From positions 1 through 54,834 of the forward strand of contig NW_024705314.1 of assembly GCF_018977255.1 (NCBI RefSeq): a stretch of 54,834 bases of DNA, in the 5' to 3' direction. This stretch comes from Callorhinchus milii. Taxonomy: Eukaryota. A program made the position numbers and the translations under genes. The notes under the pieces were generated by a model that was given only the letters and a program-made list of their open reading frames with translations, was not told the origin of the DNA and ran no database searches. This document shows positions 48,536 through 54,834 of this stretch, one piece after another. The first letter of the stretch is position 1. Every line of letters starts with the position of its first letter.

Positions 48536-48712
48536 TCAGCTCAACACGTGCCGCCACGACCCTCGCCAGGATAAGTGGCTGGAGAAACGAACAAACAAGA
48601 CGAACAAACGAATTTAGAAAAAAACATCCAATTACATTCGGGGTCATCAACCAATGGGCGAGCCTACAACAAAACGTTTCCCGTCGGCATTTCGTTTAAG
48701 AAGATTAACCCA

Positions 48713-48879
48713 TAAAATAATAAAAATATAAAACAATAAAAATAAAAATGTGCTGTGTTTTTCACACCTGATGATGATTGCTTGTGTTGCAGTCGAAACG
48801 TCGTGATCATTTTATTGTTTTATATTTTTATTTTTTATTGTTTCCCTTCTACGTGACTTTACCGAAAGAACCAAGAAGA
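48713..48879 (+). mobile_element. Penelope-like family 1 fragment with short inverted piece and hammerhead
   Basis: Flanked by aagaagattaaccca (48698-48712) and aagaagactaaccca (48873-48887). Confidence 0.8.
48765..48805 (+). ncRNA. Minimal type I hammerhead ribozyme
   Basis: cac-CTGATGA-tgattgc-ttgtgtt-gcagtc-GAAA-CGTC-gtg. Confidence 0.8.
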
Positions 48880-49204
48880 CTAACCCAGTTCCAGTTTGGA
48901 ATTCTCTCCATTGCGTCATCAGGGTGTGGGCCCGGTCAGGTTACGTCTGCTGGTAACACTGTCGGAGGCAACAAAGAAAAAAGGGAGCCAGACCCTAACT
49001 CCGTACGGTCACCATTCCACAACGCAGTGCAGAAGAAGTGCGCGATTATTACATTTTCTTTCGTCGCATTAACCCAACAAAAACACCGCACCAGAGAGAA
49101 AGCGGCGGCTTGGGGGGGAGGGCAAATAGGGACTAAGCCCACAAAATAACAAGAAGAGTCAATTTTTGTTTTATTTGGAATTCGGTAAGAAACTCAATAT
49201 TACA

Positions 49205-49274
49205 AGAGCCGCCAACGAAAGCAGTTCCTTGAAGAGCCGCATGCGGCTCCGGACACGCGGGTTGCCGAACCCTG
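49205..49274. mobile_element. hAT (Charlie-like) transposon terminus
   Basis: aagagccgcatgcggctccggacacgcgggttgccgaaccctg resembles the GC-rich palindromic subterminal region and CCCTG end of hAT elements (from recall). Confidence 0.55.
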
Positions 49275-49826
49275 GATTAGCCCGTTCGGTCCTCGACACG
49301 AACAGCGAAACGCACGCGTTTGTAGAACTGTTCGAATTGTTGAACTTATTTCGCATCGTTACGTAGCCAACCGCGCTAATCGGAGGTGCGGGAGAAGGAC
49401 AACAAGCTGCACACAACCAGCGAGGAATGATTAGATAGCAAGACCAGTCGAAGGCAGAATGAGCGAGAGAGCGAGTCAGCGGGACACATTTATTTTACAT
49501 GTAGAATTTTATTTTGGCACAGGGCAAAACCCCTTTGGGCAACACACACCCATTTGCCGACGTGGACCTGGTTACGCCGCAGAAAACTTGGTCACAGCAA
49601 CAACAGCGAGAAAACCAACACGTGGACTTGGTCGACTGAACGGGTGTCTCTGGGCGTTCAGCCGGCCATCTGCCTGCGAGTGGCGAAACCTGAAATCTCT
49701 ATCTCTCTCTCTTCGAACATTAATTTTCTTAAAACGCAATTTTGTTCGTAAGTTGATTTTATTGTAGAACACTGGTGCGAAAGAAGATCGCGCAATTAAA
49801 ACCGATCAATTCAGCCACTCGGAAAA

Positions 49827-50267
49827 CACTGGTCAACAAAAAAAAAATTTTTTCTGGCCTGGACTTTTGCAGCTGTTTTAGACTAATTTCAGGGTGCTGA
49901 TTCCAAATCTGATCTCAGATTTGCTCTATCACATCTTATTTTTATGCTATAGGCATACCCATTTTCATTGATTTTACCTGAAATTAACTCTGTCACTTAT
50001 GATTGCAAGTTGTTGCGAGTCAGTGACTGCTTTAGTGTTAAAATATGGTGCTGTATTTTTAGGATAGTATGTTTATAATATAATTTTATGTAGATATCCA
50101 CATTTATTTAATATTTTTCTTCTGCAGTTTTTATTGAAAATGCAATATTTGATATCTCAAAAACCTGATGTGATAGACAAAAACTGATGCATATTTGGAA
50201 TCAGCACCCCAAAATTACCTTAAAACCATTGGAATACCTTATGCCAGAAAAAGTGTGTTGACCAGTG
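49827..50267. mobile_element. Non-autonomous Chapaev3-like DNA transposon
   Basis: CAC...GTG termini, TIRs cactggtcaaca..tttttctggc / gccagaaaaa..tgttgaccagtg, subterminal IRs ggtgctgattccaaat/atttggaatcagcacc and ctatcacatc/gatgtgatag. Flanks AAA and TAA fit a TWA TSD with one mismatch. Confidence 0.75.
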
Positions 50268-51557
50268 TAATTGTTTTAATAATCGGCCGCCCGCATTGCA
50301 GAGTGAGTTTCGTGCAGAAAGCGGTGAACTTGGCACGGGGGGCAACGTCATTTCCGTTTGATGCAAGTGGTTAATTTTCCTTCGCTTTTCCTCCGTGGTC
50401 AATGTCTGTGGTGACACGGGTGTTGGATGAAAGGCGAGGACCCACGCAAAATGACGCCTCCGCAAAGCCCAATATGCTCCAGGAACTCGGAACGGAGTTC
50501 GGCCGGTCTCACCTGTACAGGTTAAAGTCTGTGGCCACAGGGGGCCATGTCGACGTTTGATCTACAAAGCAACACGGCGCCAGGTTAACCGTCGGTTAAT
50601 CTTTTATCCACACACGTTAATATTGCTTTGTGTGTGTGTATATATATATAAATAATGAAGTTGCCATGAGATTTTGCTAAATGTACCCTTGAGCATTGGA
50701 CAATGTTTAATTTTGGACATTGTTTCGAATCGGTAGTTACAATTTAAACGACACTCCCACCGCATCATGTTGCAATGCATTATCACAATTCGGAGTTCAC
50801 AAGTTGATATAATTGATATGCATTGTGCCTATTCGGGCAAAAGTAGCACTACTTTAAATTGCTGCCAAGTTAATGTGACCACCTCAATCCCCACCCAGCC
50901 CCCCCCCCCCCCCGAAACAAACAACGTCAGTGGATAGAAGATAAATCCATCTTCGCTCGCACACATGGATCGACGCTTGCATTGTGAGCATAAGTAATGA
51001 TTCTAACCGATTGATCGATGTCAGATTTCAACTAACGTTAATACTCAGTGGGCATTGCCTGGTAGGATGGGGATGGTTTTGTTTGATTTGTTTGTGTTTG
51101 GGTCATTTGTTTACCTTTCTTGTACTCTGTACTCCCATCGTGTTTTTGTTTTATTGTTTGGTGTTATAATGTTTTTTACACCGTGCCCCTACTGGATATC
51201 TATGAGAAAGAGCTTCATAGCTCATCGGATTCCTCCAGTCTAAATACATATCCTGATGCTTAACTACAGCCGCAGCCTTGGTTCGAGCTGTTGACCACGC
51301 AAAAGTGACAAAGCACCTTGGTTTGTTTTTCTTCTTCCAGAAAACTCAACTTATCGACAACACTGGCCTTAAGAAACATAATAATTTGTGTTTACACCCT
51401 TTCTGGCAATGAAACAGGAGTTATGTTGAGATGTTCAATCACCAAGTCGATACCTTTTGCAAAGAATTAAGTCTGCATTAATCACACAAAGTACTTGTGG
51501 CACATCATGCAAACATTCCATGATAATGTGGCCTTAAAATACGTATCAGGAATAGCA

Positions 51558-51752
51558 TGCTTGTGCGGCCGTCTGGAACGCTCCTCCTTCCGATATTAGG
51601 AAGCCACTGGAGCTACTCACTTTAAAATCATCTGGATTAAAAGCTCATTTGTTTAGAAACTGTGTTTTGTGTTCAGTTTGTTGTCCTTTCCTCCGCACCT
51701 CCGACTAGCATGGTTGACTATGTACGGTGCGAAAGAAGTTCAACATACATAC
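51558..51752 (+). mobile_element. L2 LINE 3' end
   Basis: Same family as the 41212 and 45915 copies. Confidence 0.85.
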
Positions 51753-52344
51753 AGACGTACGTATATGTGACAACATCGCCAATCTTACATATTTTTTAGT
51801 GTTTTAAGGCCACAGTGTTGTTGACGAGTGTGTTGACGTTTTTCTTGGGCGGGGGGGGGGGGATAGTGCTCGTGCAGCACTGCCAATGGAGCAGCATCTC
51901 CGTGAAGCAATTAGTTTTTTGTGTGTGTCAGATATCATTAAAGCCCCCCTCCCGCCTCCCCTACATCTCACAACCGCTCGACTCTTTCCAGCCGTGCAGC
52001 GAGAAACGAGCGGTTGACTCTTAATCCCGTGTTGCAATTAATTTAGTTTTTATTTTTGTACTTATTGGTGGCTGGGCTGAGACGGGTTCGCCCGCGCTAC
52101 ATTTAACAAGCCGGCATTAGCTCAAGTGCGTGCCAGATATTTAAAAATCAGGATTTTGTAAAAAAAACAATGGCTCAGCACTGCCACCAGAAATGGCATC
52201 AAATTATCTGATCCACTCCAGCCATCGTGGGGTATTTTTTTTTTCGTCTAAGAAAAGACAAAAGGAAACTTATTTTTTGGCCGGGGAAATTATTTGCCCT
52301 GTCGTAGCGAGGGCACCTTCACGTGCAGTTTTTCTTTTCTTTCT

Positions 52345-52491
52345 AGATTTGAAGCTTTTGTGACTGCAAGGATTCATATTCTTAGGTTTTTTTCGGTAAA
52401 GTCACGTGGGTAAAATTTTTTAATTAATAAAAGTAAAATAAAAATAAACTAAAAATCACGACGTTTCGGAGGCAACACAAGCTTCCGTCTT
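52345..52491 (-). mobile_element. Penelope-like family 1 fragment truncated in the hammerhead core
   Basis: Tail, spacer and tcacgacgtttcggaggcaacacaagcttccgtctt. Confidence 0.8.
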
Positions 52492-53182
52492 TTCTTCTCG
52501 AAAGTGCAAAGCCCCCCCCCCCCCCATCATAAACCAGTTCCTAGCAAACTTCCCGTGCTGCTCACCAAAATACGAACGGCCAAGATCCTCGTGGGGTTTT
52601 TTTTGGGGGGGGGGCGGCAGGGCGGGATGCAAGATTGCCTTCATAAGTCATCTTCGTAACAGCTTGCGATGTAAATGTACATCTGTCTCTTGCGTTTAAT
52701 GATGTTTCCCCGTGAATGATTGAAAAGCCGCAACCTCTAACGGCTGTACTTTGTGTTCCCGCGTGTTGTTTTAACAAGTCGCGCATTTTGTTTATGTTAC
52801 GTGGCAAAATTACCGCGTGTATGCTCAATGGCCGCGTGACGCCACAATAAACGTGAGAAATACCACCACCCCTATTTGCAGACCGAGGAATAAATTGACA
52901 TGACATCAGATTGGTGGGCAAGTCATTAAATAAAGAAACAATGCGCGCCAATTTATTCAACATTAAGCGTCCAATTTGGTCACCGTCGGTGGCAGCCTCC
53001 TAAAGCACTGCAGTCGTCACTGCTGCCTCTCTCTATGCACGTTGAACTTCTTTCACACCGTACGTAGCCAACCGTGCTGTGTGTGTTGAACTTCTTTCGC
53101 GCCGTACGTGGCCGACCGTGCTAATCGGTGGTGCCGGGGGGGAGGACAACGAACTAGACAACAACAACAAAGCGGGTTCTAA

Positions 53183-53305
53183 AGATTTGAAGCTTTCGTG
53201 ACTGCGGGAATCCATACGCTTTGGTTCTTTCGGTAAAGTCACGTCGGTAGAAAATTAATAGATCACGACGTTTCGATCGCAACACAAGCAACCGTCATCA
53301 GGTGA
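53183..53305 (-). mobile_element. Penelope-like family 1 fragment with hammerhead and tail
   Basis: agatttgaagctttcgtgactgc...ggtaaagtcacgt...tcatcaggtga. Confidence 0.82.
53263..53305 (-). ncRNA. Minimal type I hammerhead ribozyme
   Basis: Minus strand: tcac-CTGATGA-cggttgc-ttgtgtt-gcgatc-GAAA-CGTC-gtga. Confidence 0.82.
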
Positions 53306-53359
53306 AACAAACCCAGCAGGTCGTGCGAGGCGATCGGACGCGGTTGCAAAGAAATAGTT

Positions 53360-53676
53360 GGGCGCCGTGGTTGCGAGATGTTAACTACCTCGCCAGGTAT
53401 ACAGGAGGTCGTGAGGGTCGATCCAGACCCTGACGCATGCTGCTGTATATTTGGAGTTTGCGTGTCTCTCGCTCCTTGTGGTCGCGTGGATTTTTCCCTG
53501 GGCCTCCCGTTTTCCCCTCCACATTTAAAATCAACGCGTGTGTGTTTCGAGTATTTGGCTGCTATACATTTCCACACGGTGATCAGCCACTTCGTTGAGC
53601 TCTCATTTGTGATAGTCAGGTCGCTTCTGAAAGAAAGCTATATAGCTCAGTGGGCCTTACCTGGTAAAATAAAATA
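53360..53676 (+). mobile_element. V-SINE
   Basis: Full-length match to the 22733 and 30636 copies. Confidence 0.85.
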
Positions 53677-53733
53677 CTAATTTGTTTTATAACAATAGGT
53701 TTTACCCATTCTGGCAATAAAAGAGGTGTTAAG

Positions 53734-53821
53734 ATATTCTTGGTTCTTTTGGTAAAGTCACGTGACTTTACCGAAAGAACCAAGGATATGAATCCCTGCA
53801 GTCGCGAAAGCTTTAAATCAA
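53734..53821 (+). mobile_element. Minimal (~88 bp) Penelope-like family 1 insertion: 56-bp palindrome plus tail
   Basis: atattcttggttcttttggtaaagtcac|gtgactttaccgaaagaaccaaggatat plus tail. aggtgttaa flanks at 53724-53732 and 53822-53830. Confidence 0.82.
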
Positions 53822-54743
53822 AGGTGTTAATATGTTCAAACACAAAATAGAAGCCTTTTGCAAAGAATCACGTCTGCATTAACCACACATAATTGTGGTG
53901 AACATACAAACAAAAACATTCTCCGGCAATAAATGGAATTGTCTTTGAAACTGATTTGTCCACACCAGACACAGCCTTCTTTAGGGCCTAGTCTCAACCA
54001 GTGTTAGGCCAGAGAACGCCAAAAGCCGAATATTTCTGTTTGGCGTTTGAACATCTTTACACTGTTTTACTGACAGGAAGGGTACAACCTTTTCTTATAC
54101 TTCGATACCGGCAAAACAGTTTTAATAGCTTTAAGAGGCGGAGGGAGTGGACCGCGTCTTCATTATCGAATGCCTTAACGAGCACAAACGCCCCCTGCAC
54201 TCCCATCTCATCCCAATTGTTCGAGCTGCACCCCCCCACACCCACAACTCCTCCTCCTCCCCATCATGCGCGGGTTACCCAGTGGCGCGGGAGGTCGTGA
54301 CCCCGAGGCTCAGGAAGAATCGATCGTGCATGCGACCCTCTCCTCCGGCAGCTGGATTCACAAAAGAAGCTCCATTGTCCTGGATTCCTCTCCATTTTTC
54401 AAGCCCAAGCACAATTACATCGTGGTTTTTTTTTCTCTCTCTCTCTCTCTCCCATTCTTTTGTTCCATCTGTTCAACCGCGTGGAAATGTGTGCGTTTGG
54501 CTTTTTGCGCGTGTGTATATGCGTGCGTGCGTGTGTGCGCCCGTGCACTTTTCGCGGAGTGCACCTTCTTACCTGTTGGCATCGTCCACTTGGACGATGC
54601 CACCAGGGCAAAAGCGAGAGGCGCTGCCCGTTTGCCGTGGGACCTCTCGTTCCGTCCGGCGTTTGCTTGTGCCAACGCCCGAAGGAATTCCCGGCAGGAT
54701 ATAGATTTCTTTTTATTTTTTGGGGTGGGGAGGAGAGAGCAGG

Positions 54744-54800
54744 GGGGTTAGATCGCCTCAATATAAATGTGTCGTCAAACCTGCCACCACCCGACACCAC
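54744..54800 (-). mobile_element. Penelope-like family 2 fragment
   Basis: gggttagatcgc...tataaatgtgtcgt..accaccc gacac aligns with 48146-48196. Confidence 0.55.
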
Positions 54801-54834
54801 TTTGAGAAGAGAGTGAGCGGGCGAGTTGGGGAGT

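Noticed and set aside
22733..53676. tRNA genes at A/B-box motifs
   Set aside because: No complete cloverleaf. Each continues into a shared SINE body.
19783..53821. Recurring ~40-nt hairpin motifs as CRISPR repeats
   Set aside because: They are dispersed on both strands at irregular distances with conserved flanks and no cas genes. They are PLE hammerheads.
18561..54834. VLR leucine-rich-repeat cassettes or CDA1/CDA2 deaminase genes, looked for because the host appears to be lamprey
   Set aside because: No LxxLxLxxNxL or HAE/SPC motifs seen in the ORF track or in the frames I translated.

Overview
The window has two very different parts. Bases 1-~18560 look like statistically featureless DNA. 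Base composition is near even by eye, CpG, TA and CTAG are not depleted, there are no microsatellites, none of the repeats that recur every ~1 kb downstream appear, and no ORF exceeds 143 aa. The best explanation is artificial filler, such as an assembly N-gap replaced by random bases, ending where a contig starts in a satellite. Bases ~18561-54834 are repeat-rich, intergenic or intronic vertebrate DNA, most likely lamprey (inferred from the V-SINE family, a Chapaev3-type element and the microsatellite style). No protein-coding gene can be called with confidence. This part contains tRNA-derived SINEs, 3' ends of L2 and RTE LINEs, MITEs and long simple repeats. Most notable are more than a dozen short fragments of two Penelope-like retroelement (PLE) families. 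They carry minimal type I hammerhead ribozymes with covarying stem II, inverted pseudo-LTRs that start at a fixed position, a ~30-nt 3' tail with a covarying terminal stem, and 9-15 bp target-site duplications. One weak two-exon spliced candidate lies on the minus strand at 38853-39402. I found nothing I can support as a wholly new system. The PLE/hammerhead architecture is the most interesting real signal.
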